Below are positions 48,539-60,831 of a stretch of DNA of 64,000 bases, in pieces (position 1 is the stretch's first letter; each line of letters begins with the position of its first letter). The notes beneath the pieces are model-generated. The model searched no databases and was not told the origin of the DNA. It saw only the letters and a list, made by a program, of their open reading frames with translations. This stretch comes from Lepidodermella squamata. Taxonomy: Eukaryota > Animalia > Gastrotricha. Made by a program: the position numbers and the translations under genes. Where the stretch lies: contig JBLDXI010000003.1 in NCBI GenBank assembly GCA_047495785.1, forward strand, positions 2,418,001 to 2,482,000. Reading direction: 5' to 3'.

Positions 48539-51500
48539 GTCGGAAAGAAAACGGAAGTATAAGAGATAAGAGTCAAACAAAGTCCTATAAAACAGAAAAG
48601 CATTCCAACACAATGCTCCGAAAAGTTTTACAGTCCCACTCAGTGCGAGACAAAAGCAGTGAAGTAGTATTCATGTAATTCGACGCGGAAACCATCAGTC
48701 AGCTGAAAAGCGAACTCGGCGAAAACAGCGAAAACAGCGCTGAGTGTCGAATAAAAAAGCCCGCCGCTTCATTGTTCAAGGTCGATAAAAACTCATATTA
48801 AATCAGTATTATCTTTGTAATTAATATCATTTTTGAAAATCTACAATAGTTTGAACACGCTTTTGAGCTGTAGGTAATTTTCTTACGCCGCTGCGCTGCG
48901 CTTGCAGCGTGGCGTAATGGGCAGGTCCCATTGTCTTGCGTTGTCCTGCGGAAAAAAAGAGTTTTATGTTTTATATAGAAAAGGTCTATTAAGAGCCAGC
49001 GGCTAGAAAAGCCAGCGGCCAGCTTGAAATATCAGATCTCCCATTCAAAAAAGTCAAGAATTCGAGTAGAGCAGCGGTCAGATGTTCGTGGCATTGAGTA
49101 AGTCACCCAGCCCTAGCTAGACGATCAAAGCATGCAGTCAGTGTGACGATGCGTTTTCAATGTGTTCACTGCATGACACCAGCGAGTATCGGCGCGTTCG
49201 ATCAGCTGTTCCCACAACTCAGTTTTACAAGCTCCCGCAAGCTCTCATCGGAATTATTCATTCAGTTTTATTGTGCTCAGTTGCGTATCTCAATTTGTCT
49301 CTAGAGGTATGATTTATCTGCGCCGTCAAGCTAAAATATCTTAGTTTTGGTACAGACCACGTTGATGCCATGCTGAATTGAATTGATAACTTCGAACTCG
49401 CACGGGCGCTGACATTTACGTAACCGCAGTGGCCATCTGTAATAATCGAATCAAAACTTTAACTCTAACTGTGAGTTAGCGAGTGCATTTGTTCTTCGTT
49501 TTAAAGAAGTTATACCAGTGAGTCAAAGCCAACACTCATTTAGCAAACGAGCAACTTGAGAGCATAGAGAACAAAACTTATGTCTCTCTGTGCTTTTTAT
49601 GGTGCCTTTCTGTGGTTGAGCTCAAATGCTCAGGTAAGGATCGTTCAACGCGGATAATGATGAATGATAAGCATATACACTTCTGGGCTTATTGACGATT
49701 CTGAACTCCGAATTTCTCTCGGCTCTATCACTCTTCTAACGAAAAATATGCAAACTCAAAATCCAAATTGGAAGCACAATTGCGTTCGATATATTAATCT
49801 CCAAGGAATTCAGCCGGTAAATTTCTGAGAAGATCTAGAAGTTCAAGATTATTCAAGAGGAATAACATTAACACAAACTAATTGGATTGTGGCTGATGGC
49901 TGATGTCAATATTATTCCATTTGCGAAGACCTCTCAGGGTAGCTTCATCTCTCAGCATTATGCTTCTGCTCTCTCTAGATGCGTAAAGGTTAGATCTCGG
50001 AATGCGTACCCTTAGAGGAATTAGCTCGCTCATATAAAAGCGTTCTTCTGATAATAGTTTTTCGAATACAAAACTAAACTATTACTGATGATAAGGTATT
50101 GAATAGAGGTTAGCTATGTCGTAGAGAAGCTTTCTTCCGATATTACTTGCTCTTTATTAGATACGAAACTCACATGTCATTGATCACTGATCACTGATCA
50201 GTTATTAAAGATAACACAGCGTGATTATCATTGATAAAAGAGTAAATAATTCTGTAAGTAAGTCGATAAAATGACTCCGGAGAATGACTCCGGAGATTCC
50301 TCAAGGAGCAGCAATCCTGTAATAATAATAAAACGTGAGTTGACATGAGTTCAGCGAAACCTTAATTGTGTGCTCGGGGCATTAGGGTATGTTTTCTATA
50401 AATCAGATGATCTGAAACCTATAATTCATGTGTTCGGAGTTCGGATGTTGAACAAAAATAAACAATGTAACCAATGTTGAACATTGTTCTCAACAATGGC
50501 AACCGTGCTTTTGACCTAGAAAAAGTGTGGGTGTTGAGAGTGTGTCATCTGCGAATCATACGCACAAGAGAAGCGAGAATTGTAGTCTGCAATCACATTT
50601 CAATGGCATTGCAGGCGTCGTGTGCCAGCAATATTATATTTACTCTCAGTTGACCGAATGAAACGATGATCAGTGAAAATCAGAAGTCTTCCACACAGGA
50701 CATTTGATCGACTACTATCGAACGGTGTGAATAAGTGTTACAGTGATAAAACACACCTCAGTGACGCGGCGTTCTGCTCTGATCATCGTATGCTGGTGCC
50801 TACTAATGTTGAATTGAAGGCGAGGGGGCATTGGAAAAGTATCGTATGTGAATCAGAAACGCAATCAGAGTCATTTTAGCTATATGCAATCTCATTTGTT
50901 AACTTCAATAGGCTTCAGTGATTTTCAGTGAAATACTCAGCTGACTAAATCATTGAAAGACTTCCCACCGATGGAGTGATTTTTTGAGCCTACCGTCTCG
51001 CCAGTGGCGCAGTTAATACTCCACTGCTTCTCTTCTCACATTGTAACTGCGAGACGGAGCGAGCAGGGCGAGCGGAGTGGGGTAGAACTCACGTGGCTTT
51101 GTAGTTCTACCTCCTTTTGAAACAGAACCCTCCCTCGAATAAGTTATTCTCGTGTGGCGCAGTTAATACTCCACTCCGCAAGGCTTCCTTAGTTGTCAAA
51201 CAGGACTGCGCGACAACCGTGTAACAATATGCTGCTCTCGCCGAAGTTTTCGCCTCTCACTCTACACAAAATCTGTCGATGAGGGTAAACCCAGCACGAG
51301 CACTAAGACGTCTCTCCTCTAAATTAGGCGAGACCTAATTTGCATAAATTTGAATATTCATAGAAATAAAATTGAATAGAATAAGTATTCAAAAAAGTTT
51401 AAAAGAATTGCAAGAGATTAACAAGGAAATCGACGGAAGTCTGCCGCATTCTTCACGGACAAACACCGTCTGCAGCATCACCTCGAAGAGTCACATAATT

Positions 51501-51594
51501 TAGATGTCAATTTTATTAGAATCACACGTTTCAAGATCTCAAGATACACGTGATCAATGATCAAATGATTAAAATTGTAAAACTGTAATGTCTT

Positions 51595-53079
51595 TCACAG
51601 CCGGGATGCAGCTTTGTCTGAAAATCTCTCGAGGAAACTCAAGTGAAATTGCTTGAAACGTTCCATCGAATCGCGAATAGCATCCACAGGTGGTAAAATG
51701 GTCGTACGAAAATGATAAGTGCCCGGCTTCTGCCCGAATCCTGAGCCGGGAACCACGCAAATGCCAGTGTGCTCGAGCAACTCAAAGCAGTAAAACTCGT
51801 CGGGCTGCTGGTTTTTCTCCTTCGCAGCTTCAATAGCTTTCGTTGGGAGATCAAGTTTGGGAAAAGCGTACATTGCACCTTGAACTGGGTTGCACCTAAT
51901 ACCAGGCATAGAGTTGAAAGTTTCGTAAACTAAATTCGCTTTCTCCTTCAAACTAGCGAGTACAGCATCACGCTCTTGCACGAATCGCTCGTAAGACGAT
52001 TCATGTGGCTGAGGCGGGTTAACAATTACATCCATAGCTGCTTGACCAACGGTTGTCGAGCAAATGATTGCTGACATACTCTTGAAAAGTTGAGCCTTAA
52101 TTTCAGGCGCAAAATTTACCACCTCGCAATAGCCGCCTCGAAGGCCGCACTCGCCAACAAAGCCTTTAGATGCGGAGAAAAAGGATACTAGCTCCAGACC
52201 CGGTGTGATTTCTCCAGATTTCTCCAACTCCCGAAGCATTTTCTTGAACGAATGAAACTTCCGACCCTCAGCGTACACATTGTACTGGTAAACTTCGTCG
52301 GCTAGAATCACGAGCTTTTCGCGATGAGCGAACTTGATGATTTCTTTTATATTTTCCGCCGATAACACCTGGCCAGTCGGATTCCCAGGATTAATGACAA
52401 CAATAGCCCGGGGAATACAGGTGCCACGAGCTTCATTTAATGCCCGTTCCAATTCGGTTACCGAAAGCGCCCAGTCGTTATCTTCATCCAGGTAATATCC
52501 GATCGGAACCCCGCCGTATTCAGCTAGAGAAGCTGTGTAGAGAGGGTATCGTGGAACCGGGATCATGATACCACCTCGCTCATTTCCTAATTTACCAGTC
52601 ATAAGCAACATAAGGCTGGCATTAATCGAATCTCCAGCTCCGTTTGATAACAAAATGCTGTCTGGATCTGACGGGTATCCATCTCTTCGCTCGATGTATT
52701 CAGCGACGTGTCGCCTGACGAGTTCCATACCAACCGAATCAGAATAAGCACCAATACTCCCACCACTACATGAGCCGAGGATAGCTCGAGCGTGGGCTTT
52801 CGCATCTTCTGGGTAGACATTCAGGTCGAACAGCGACGGATCCATGCACAAAGCTAGAACTTGCCGCATGAAGGTGTTAGGTTTTTGCCCAGTCGCGTGG
52901 CAATCACCTAAATTTGCGCGTATAACTTTCTCGAACGGTTTTTTCGAGCCATTCCTAATTTCCTTTTCGATTTCGCCGGCTCGTAGAACGACAGGGCCTC
53001 GAACGGCGTACTGCATAGCGTAAACGTTGGGATTGATATTATCCAGATTGAGAGCTCTTGCGGGCATTGTTTCCGACAT
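51595..53079 (-). CDS. GPT: Alanine aminotransferase (glutamate-pyruvate transaminase), intronless CDS
   Basis: YAVRGP, ANLGD, GAYSDS.G, INPGNPTGQVL, ADEVYQ, PLP-lysine S.SKG..GECG.RGG, GAMY.FP, VPGSGFGQ..GT.HFRTTILP motifs; ATG at 53079. Confidence 0.97.
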   Translation of the reverse strand: MSETMPARALNLDNINPNVYAMQYAVRGPVVLRAGEIEKEIRNGSKKPFEKVIRANLGDCHATGQKPNTFMRQVLALCMDPSLFDLNVYPEDAKAHARAILGSCSGGSIGAYSDSVGMELVRRHVAEYIERRDGYPSDPDSILLSNGAGDSINASLMLLMTGKLGNERGGIMIPVPRYPLYTASLAEYGGVPIGYYLDEDNDWALSVTELERALNEARGTCIPRAIVVINPGNPTGQVLSAENIKEIIKFAHREKLVILADEVYQYNVYAEGRKFHSFKKMLRELEKSGEITPGLELVSFFSASKGFVGECGLRGGYCEVVNFAPEIKAQLFKSMSAIICSTTVGQAAMDVIVNPPQPHESSYERFVQERDAVLASLKEKANLVYETFNSMPGIRCNPVQGAMYAFPKLDLPTKAIEAAKEKNQQPDEFYCFELLEHTGICVVPGSGFGQKPGTYHFRTTILPPVDAIRDSMERFKQFHLSFLERFSDKAASRL

Positions 53080-53425
53080 TTTCAAATTTAAGAAAGGAAA
53101 ATGGACCTAAATAGAAGTTTCGTAGGAATATATTATCAAATATTAGGCCTACTTTATAGCCATGCGGTTTTTTCTGTAAAGAAATGATGTTTACTTAGCA
53201 TGGTAAAGTCAACATATAGCGTTGTAGTATTGCACTTAAACTAATAAGAAAATTTTCCGAATGACAATTTGCAAATAAAAAATAGTCGCACCTTTTATAC
53301 GTAAATCAGCCGTAAATCAGCCAAGAAAAATAAAAATAAAATAATGGAAAATAAGCATTTCTCGGATACGTATTAATCCTAAATCAATAAAAAATTACCA
53401 CTGTCGGCCTTCGGCCTTTGACAGT

Positions 53426-53584
53426 TGACGGGGAACACCCCGTTTTTTAAGCGTTTTTTTAAGCGGGGACTCATATCCTCCTTGATGCGTTTTTTTAAGC
53501 GGGCACTCATACACTCATATATCCTCCTTGACGTACGGACACACGTAACGAAGACGACCCACGACAACGGGGTGTTCCCCGTCA
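53426..53584. mobile_element. Small MITE-like element
   Basis: Perfect 19-bp TIRs TGACGGGGAACACCCCGTT / AACGGGGTGTTCCCCGTCA with internal direct repeats. Confidence 0.65.
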
Positions 53585-53973
53585 TTATGAAGCTTTGTAG
53601 CAGGTAATGTTGTACATGTTGTAATAAAATGTAGACTGTGGCCTGTGGCTTAGAATAACGTGAGGCCTTTCCGATGTGACTGAGCATGAAACATTTAGAA
53701 GCTCTCTAGGAAAGCGTAATGCATACTGGTCTCACATGTTATTATCATTCATGAACACGAGATAAAGCTATGAACGTGCGATAATAATGCGAGGCATTGA
53801 TAATTCCAGGTACCAAACAAAACGACGCGGTGACCCCAGCGTGACCTTTGCGTGTCTAAAATTAGCACTCATTCATTAAATTTCCACGATTTTTCTATCA
53901 AAAAACGCGTGCTCAAGCACACACAAATATGAGAAAAAAATCGAAAAAATGTATTGGCGAAATTTATTGAAAA

Positions 53974-55397
53974 ATGTTGATAATTCGCGAGAAAAAGAGG
54001 AAATTCAACCCAACAAAGGTTGCACTCCTTTCTTTGATTTCTTGCTCTTCGCTATTAATTTTTATTTTCTCGTCTCGCCTTGATTTTTCGACAAAAAATT
54101 TAATCTACGATTTTGAGCGGAATCAGGAGCTGATTTCAGATCATCATGAAACACCGGTTTGTGACAATGATCAATGGGCGAATAATCTCGAATTATTTCT
54201 AACAACGCCAACTTCGAAAGATGTCGGAGTTTTTGAGACAACGCAATGGTTTCTGCCTTCTCTCGCCCTGTTCTGGCCGATGGCTCAGCCGTTAAATTTG
54301 CTAATCGTTACCGATCGAGAAGATAAAGCGGCCCCGGAATTTGCGAAGAATATTACGCAATACACCCATAGTCTCCGATCGGCAAATTTAACAGTTCGGA
54401 GTGGGTTCGCGCCTCGTGCCTTTCCGTGCACGGGCTGGCACAAAGCTCAGTGGCTGAAATTTTGGGCGGATAACTTTACGAACTCTTCATACGTTGGCTT
54501 TGTTGATACGGATACGGTTTTTGTGACGAGAATCACGAAACGGGATTTGTTTGTTGATGGCAAGCCGATCATTAGGCCAAGGTATGGGAAGCCATCGCGA
54601 TTATGGAAAGGCTGGCCACAGGCACCGGCTAAAACACGAAGGATGACCGGATTCAAAGGTAAAGGAATTGAATGATTCTTTTGAGGTTTCAAATTTTTAG
54701 AATAATTTAGAAATTAAAATGTATTAAATATTTATGATTTTTTAATCGTTTTAATTTGATTTTTAATTAAATAAAAATTTCAATTTTTTTAATTTAATTT
54801 TTAGAGCCGTTCAATTGCATGTCGTACTTTCCTGTTATTATAAAATTGGAACACATTCCCTTCATGCGGCAAGCTATAATCAACGCGACCGGCGAAACTT
54901 ACTTTGATAAAGCCATGTCAACCGAAATTTTGTACTCGGAATACACCGTTATGTGTACCCTGCTGTGGCATTATTTCCGCGACCAATATTACTGGATCAT
55001 CAATGAAACTTATCTCGGCTGGTCTGGGCCTGTCCCACGTGGTCAAGTTGCGAATATTGCCGAGGCTGGAATTCCGTCGCATTGGATGAATCGACAACGG
55101 CCGCATGTCGCCATTCATTGGACTCATTACAAGCGGAAACTGGAAAAAGATGAAATGAAACGAGTTTTTAGGAGGGGTTACTGCTATTCTCTGACCGGAA
55201 GCGAGAGTCCGCATCCGAAATTTTGCGAGCGATACAATCGAACTGCTGTTGTTCAAAACAACGAGTTTCATTTCGAGGTTCAAGACTACTCAAGTCGTCG
55301 AGGGGCTTTTCAAGCTCATATGGAACGAATTCTGGAAAATGAAGCCTGTCCTCATTCTTGGAACTTGGAGAGAGTGAAATTGCTATTAGAAAATTGA
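53974..55397 (+). CDS. Type II membrane GT-A-fold glycosyltransferase-like protein (2 exons: 53974-54658, 54805-55397)
   Basis: Basic N-tail plus hydrophobic anchor (VALLSLISCSSLLIFIF), FWAD..YVGFVDTD DxD motif, DLF..GKP; the intron joins FK-E-PFNCMSYFPV in frame. Confidence 0.75.
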
Positions 55398-55484
55398 ATA
55401 AAATAATCATACTTTAAATCAATGAGAGATATGAGTACGCAATCTTTCATTTATTTAATAATTTACGAACGATTTATTCAGTTT

Positions 55485-55944
55485 TTAGTTGGAATAGCTG
55501 ACCGACTTGCTGTAAGAGCCTTTGCGGCCACCGAATTTGCGGCCGTGCTTGCCACCCTTGTATCCGAACTTGCGGCCGCCGAAGCGCTTGTTCTTGCCGA
55601 AACGGTTGCCGGAGAAAGAGCCAGACTTGGAGTAGGAAACAGAGACCGACTTGGAGTAGGATCCGCGGCGCTTGTTCATCTTGCGGCCGAACTTCTTGCC
55701 GTGGCGCTTCTTCATCGGGAAGGCGCGTCCCTTGCGGAAAGCCTTCTTGTTCTCGAAGGAGCGGCTAGCTGAGGTACTGACGCTCTTGTGGTAGTTGCGG
55801 TGCATCTCCTTCGACTCGACATTCCAGACCTTGGCCTCGGAGTAGGCTGAAAGAAATCATCCTAAAGAGGGTCGTGGTTATATGGCGAAAAAACTTACCG
55901 AGGCCGAGCAGGACGACAACAGCAACAGCGAGAAAAGCACGCAT
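55485..55944 (-). CDS. Secreted cationic Gly/Lys/Ser/Phe-rich protein S1 (exons 55944-55899, 55846-55485)
   Basis: Signal peptide MRAFLAVAVVVLLGL|AYSEA split by a phase-1 intron; SYSKSVSVSYSKS block; GRKFG-type repeats; ends SKSVSYSN. Confidence 0.88.
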
Positions 55945-56827
55945 TGTTATAGTAGGTTGTAGTGGAGATTAAGACGAAGCGAATTGATGAGATAATAAGC
56001 TGATGATGATTTTGAAGGAAATTATCGTGGCTTTTATACCATGGCTCTCGGTCTCCTAATTGCATGGTCTTTATTGGAATAATTGTGAGTGCCAATTATT
56101 TTTATTTTATTTCGCAGCTAGAAATCGCTTCTGAAATGTTGGGCGACTATGAGAAATCAGAAATGAAATGGAGTCATAACTTATTATTTGAAGACGCTGT
56201 TCGCTGTTCCTATTCATTGTTATTACCATTTCACCCAAAAATAATTTCACCTGTCTCAGTACCGGATAACAACGCTGATTTTAGAAGGTTGAAGTTCAAA
56301 AATTTCTGAAATTTATATCAGAGAGATAGAATATTTTCCGCAAATTTTGAAAATTTCTATGGTGGTATTTTCGACTATTTCAAGTGTACTAATTTCGGAC
56401 ACTAATTTGCATATGCAGCGGCCTAGTGAATTTCAAGATTAAAACCCAATGGGCTGCGTAAATTCCCGTTTTTAACGCTCAAGTTGCAAACATCCTGTTC
56501 GAAAATGACTCCAACTTAATTCGCTTTGACTTCACCCAGAAGTTTGGTTTATTCTCAGGATCCATAAATGATAAATTCTGCGGATAATCTTCTTCCTGCT
56601 CTTTTCTGCGCTCCTGAATAGGAGCTCATCACCACATGGCAAAAGCAACAACTTTGATCACAAATAAATTTCATAATTTATATTTCTCACATGGAAAACC
56701 ACTACTGCAACCTTAGCGGTTTCATTGATTATATTTCTCCTCACACTTATATCGAAAATAGAATATCAATGGAAGCCATAACAAATCACAAGCAAAAAAC
56801 TAATAATAATTTGGCGATAAAACTGCT

Positions 56828-56980
56828 TAGTAGGCGTGGATATCTCTGTCCGAAGTCGCCTTATCGTAGCCGTGGTTTTAGCCACCCTTTTTGCTGCCCT
56901 TCTTTTCGCCCTTCTTGCCACCCTTCTCGAAAGCCATCTTACCGCGGTAGCCACTGCCACTGTCCATGGTAGCCACGAAC
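56828..56980 (-). pseudogene. Fragment of an S3-like Lys/Gly-rich gene with premature stop
   Basis: After the acceptor ttttacag it reads ..SGSGYRGKMAFEKGGKKGEKKGSKKGG*NHGYDK..HAY*, resembling the S3 C-terminus. Confidence 0.5.
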
Positions 56981-57216
56981 TGTAAAATAGAAACACCTGT
57001 TTCTTATAGGACTTGGTCCAAATGGTTCTGCCGTATATGAAATGAAAGGCAACCGTCATTTTTCATCTTAATGAAATCTTTACAAATTCGTCACATCGCC
57101 ATAGAGCCCAAAGGTTTCACCCGGATAAAAAAGGATAGCCTGATTAAATAATTATTTTATTTTCGATCATAATTTTTTTCGATTCATCAACGGTGGAAAG
57201 TTCTTGTGATTATAAT

Positions 57217-57712
57217 TTAGTTGGAGACGCTGACGGACTTGCTGAAGGAGTACGAGCCCTTGTTGGCCTTGCGACCGCCGAACTTGCCGTGGCCGAACTT
57301 GCCGCCCTTGCGGCCGTAGCCGAAGTTCTTGCCGTGCTTGCCGAACTTGCGGCCACCGAAACGCTTGTTCTTGCCGAAGCGGTTGCCCGAGAATGAGGCG
57401 GACTTGGAGTAAGAAACAGAGACCGACTTGGAGTAGGATCCGCGGCGCTTGTTCACCTTCTTGCCGTGGCGCTTCTTCATTGGGAAGGCACGTCCCTTGC
57501 GGAAAGCCTTCTTGTTCTCGAAGGAGCGGCTTGCTGAGGTGCTGACGCTCTTGTGGTAGTTGCGATGCATCTCCTTAGACTCGACATTCCAGACCTTGGC
57601 CTCGGAGTAAGCTGAAATAATGGAAATAATGGAAAGATGGCGAAAAGGATTCAGAAAATAAAATACCAAGTCCAAGCAGGACGACAACAGCGATAGCGAG
57701 GAAAGCACGCAT
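57217..57712 (-). CDS. Secreted cationic protein S2, close paralog of S1 (exons 57712-57667, 57611-57217)
   Basis: MRAFLAIAVVVLLGL|AYSEAKVWNVESKEMHR identical layout; ends SKSVSVSN. Confidence 0.88.
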
Positions 57713-58164
57713 TGTTAATTGAGAATGAGACGAAGATAAGTTATTGATTAGCAAATCGAAAAGCGAGAAATGGTTGATGATTTCGGACAAAAATCTCGCT
57801 GCTTTTATACCATGATGCCACTCGCTGTCTTAATTGGGGTAACTGGTGTAATTGATTCCGTGCTAATTATTTGAGATTTTATGCCGCAATGGCATTCCAC
57901 AATGATGAGCGAACTATTTTCTTTGTCGTTAATTACTTCGAAATAAAATTTTACTTGATCAAATTAAATTTTGAAAAAAACACATTTTGCTCTTTCAGCT
58001 CAAATTCAATGAATAGCCGACTAAAAAACAAGAAGACGAATGATAAACCGAACATTTTTATTCCATCGAATCCCAAAAAACATTATCCGAAATAACACTA
58101 TATTCTTCAACTATTCAAAATAAATTTCATAACTTCAAAGTCTGTTGATTTCAAGCCATCAGGC

Positions 58165-59384
58165 TCAGTAGTTGTAGGCGTCATCTCCATGCGTGTCTTC
58201 AGGGTTTATAATGCCGTGTGATTTGTCGCCCTTCTTGCCACCCTTCTTTCCAGTTTCCTTTCCACCCTTTTTGCCTTCTTTCTTGCCGGTATTCTTTTCG
58301 GTCTTCTTGCCACCCTTCTTGGCAGCCTTCTTGGGGACGCTGTCTTCCTGGTAGCTGCCGGAGACTGAGGCCTCAAAGTCGTGGGTACGGCGTTCAGCCG
58401 AGGCATTGGCACGTTTGCGGCCGTACTTGGCTCCAGCCTTGCGGGTGTGGGCAGAGTCGGAGACGGAGGTCTTCTTGCTGCTAGCCTTGTACTTGCGGGA
58501 GTTCCGCGAGTCACGGGCGACCGAAGCCGAGGCTCGGCGGTGGTGGGCCTTGTTGCGCTTCGCCTTCTTCGAGGCAGCGGCAGCCGAGGCAGAAGAATCG
58601 CGAGTGGCGTAGTCGGCAGAGTGGGCCTTGCGGTTCTTCACTCCACGCGATTTCTTGGCCGTCTTCTTGCGGCTGGCAGTAGTGGCGGCAATATCGGAAT
58701 CGGCCATGTTGAACTCGTTCGAGGATGACATGAAACTGAACGCATTCTCCTTGTTGTGGCCCTTGTCGGTGAAGGTTTTCTTCTTGAACTCGATCACCTC
58801 GCCGGCCTTATCGCGGGCCTGGTCCTTCTGGAAACCAGCCTTGCGCTTGTGATCAGCCCGGCCGTGCTTCTTGTTGCGGCTGTGTTTCTGGGCAGCGGCA
58901 GCGGCGCCAGAGTCGGCGTAGGCGTTGTTGTGCTTGGCGAAGGTAGCCGAGTCGCTTTCACGGATTTTGCGGCCGTGGCGCTTGCTGCCAGCCTTGGACA
59001 TCTTGCGGTCGTAGGCGGAGTCGCGCTTGCCTGCCGAAGCATAGCTGGCCGAGGCGCGTTCGTGACTGGCCGATCGGGTCTTGATTAGCTTGCGCTTGTC
59101 GCTAGTCCGCTTGTTGTGCGAGGCATCGGCCGAGGCGAAGTCGAAAGTCCCGAATTCTTGCTCAGCAGAGGCAGACTCGCGGGCGTAGGAGTCGTGTTGA
59201 GCGACGGAGGCAGAGAAAGAACCCTTGTTGTCACCCTTCTTGGCACCTTTACCTTTACCGTAGTTACCACCAGCTGAAACTGGATTACAAAAATATTCGT
59301 TGATCTATTTATAAACGAAAACTGGAAGAAATCACCGGTAGCTGCAAGCAGGCCGATCGCAGCAAGAAAGAAGTAAATACGCAT
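58165..59384 (-). CDS. Secreted Lys/Arg/Ala/Ser-rich protein S3 (~387 aa; exons 59384-59336, ~59279-58165)
   Basis: Signal MRIYFFLAAIGLLAAT|VSA; alternating ASAS/DSA blocks and basic clusters; KKGG-repeat tail. Confidence 0.82.
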
Positions 59385-59578
59385 TTTAAAATTGCTGATT
59401 CTAATTGGGAACAAGAACATAATTTCAATACCAATCGATTTAATGATTCATCGCATACTTATTTTCAACTTAAACAGGAAAAATTTCAAGCAAAAATAAT
59501 TATCTCGAAAAAATACTTTTAACAGTTTTGAAGACGCTAGAGACAAATTTTTCAACTTCAGTTGCTATTCGTATTTTT

Positions 59579-60463
59579 CTAACCATAAGCAGGGCCATAA
59601 TAAGGGCGGTTCGCGGTAAGCCCACCGCGCTTGTTATTGCCAGCCGGAGCGGAGGCGGCGCCCTTGTTGACGGAGCCTGAGGCGAGGTCGCCATTACGAC
59701 GACGGCCCTGACGGCTGCCGAAGTAGCCACGACGGCCGTGGAAATCGCCACCGCGGCGACGATCGCCGAATCCGTAACCACGACGACCACGGTAGTTGCC
59801 AGCAGCAGCCGAGGCAGATCGCTTGTTGACAGAGGCGGAAGCAAAGTTACCACTGCGACGACCACCGTGACGACGGCGGAAGAACTTGCCATGACCACGA
59901 CGGCCGCGGAAGTTGCCAGCAGCGGCCGAGGCGGAGCGTTTGTTGACCGAGGCAGAGGCGAAGTTTTCTCTACGGGCGTGGCCGAAGTAGCGACCACCGT
60001 GGCGACGGCCGCGACTGAACTTCTTGAAGCCCTTACGACCCTTGTCGTTGTTGTTGCCAGCCGAGGCGGAGGCGGAGTTCTCGTTGACGGAGGCTGAGGC
60101 GACTTTGCCACCGCGACGACCCTTGTGGCTGAAGAAGCGACCATGGCGACGACCACCACGATTGCCAGCTGAGGCCGAGGCGGATTTCTCGTTGACTGAA
60201 GCCGAGGCGAAGTTGTCGCCACCACGTTGTTGCCTGTTGTAACCGAATCCACGGGCGTATTTGCGACCGATCAATTTATTACCACGTTGAGCCTTGTCGA
60301 CGCCGGCAGAAGCAGAAGCTTCCTTCTCGTTAACCGAGGCTGAAGCATCATCCGCTGAAGTGGCAACTATGGACAGAAAACAGTTTTAATGATTTTATTC
60401 TGGGAAAATCCATTTACCGATGCAGAATAGAGCGACAGCGGCTGCGACAAGAGTGAGACGCAT
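59579..60463 (-). CDS. Secreted block-repeat protein S4 (exons 60463-60418, ~60366-59579)
   Basis: Signal MRLTLVAAAVALFCI|VATSA; six ASASVNxxxASAxAG repeats separated by Gly/Arg/Phe/His-rich spacers. Confidence 0.87.
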
Positions 60464-60831
60464 TTTAAATTTCAAAGAAAACAGTTGGGATAGATAATCG
60501 GAAAAAGACGAAGCTAGTTGGATTGATATTTTTCCCATTTCAAAACCACCTTTTATAGCCAGGTTTGTGAAATTGTCTTCTACCCGTTTGCGTAGACGAG
60601 AGCGATTGATCGCGTGTTCACCCTAATTAACAGATATCACGAGCGGAAATTTCAAGCCACCCGTTTGCGAGTTCATGTTGTTTTCATAATATAATCTTTT
60701 GTCTTTGAACTACAACCGAGAACCGAGACAATCATTTAATTGGGCGATCATGTTATCTAATTTCAAGGCCTGCTTTCCGTATTTCAAGTTTTTCATAGTA
60801 TATCTTGTTAACAAAAATTGACGCGTTTATT

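Noticed and set aside
48600-51500. Hidden gene or structured RNA in the 3-kb gap (hairpin at ~48883-48917, 22-bp direct repeat at ~51004/51154)
   Set aside because: No coherent exon chain or recognisable RNA; most likely regulatory DNA with small TE remnants.
58165-59001. Histone H1 or protamine call for the Lys/Ala-rich ORF
   Set aside because: No globular winged-helix domain, and an upstream signal-peptide exon indicates secretion.
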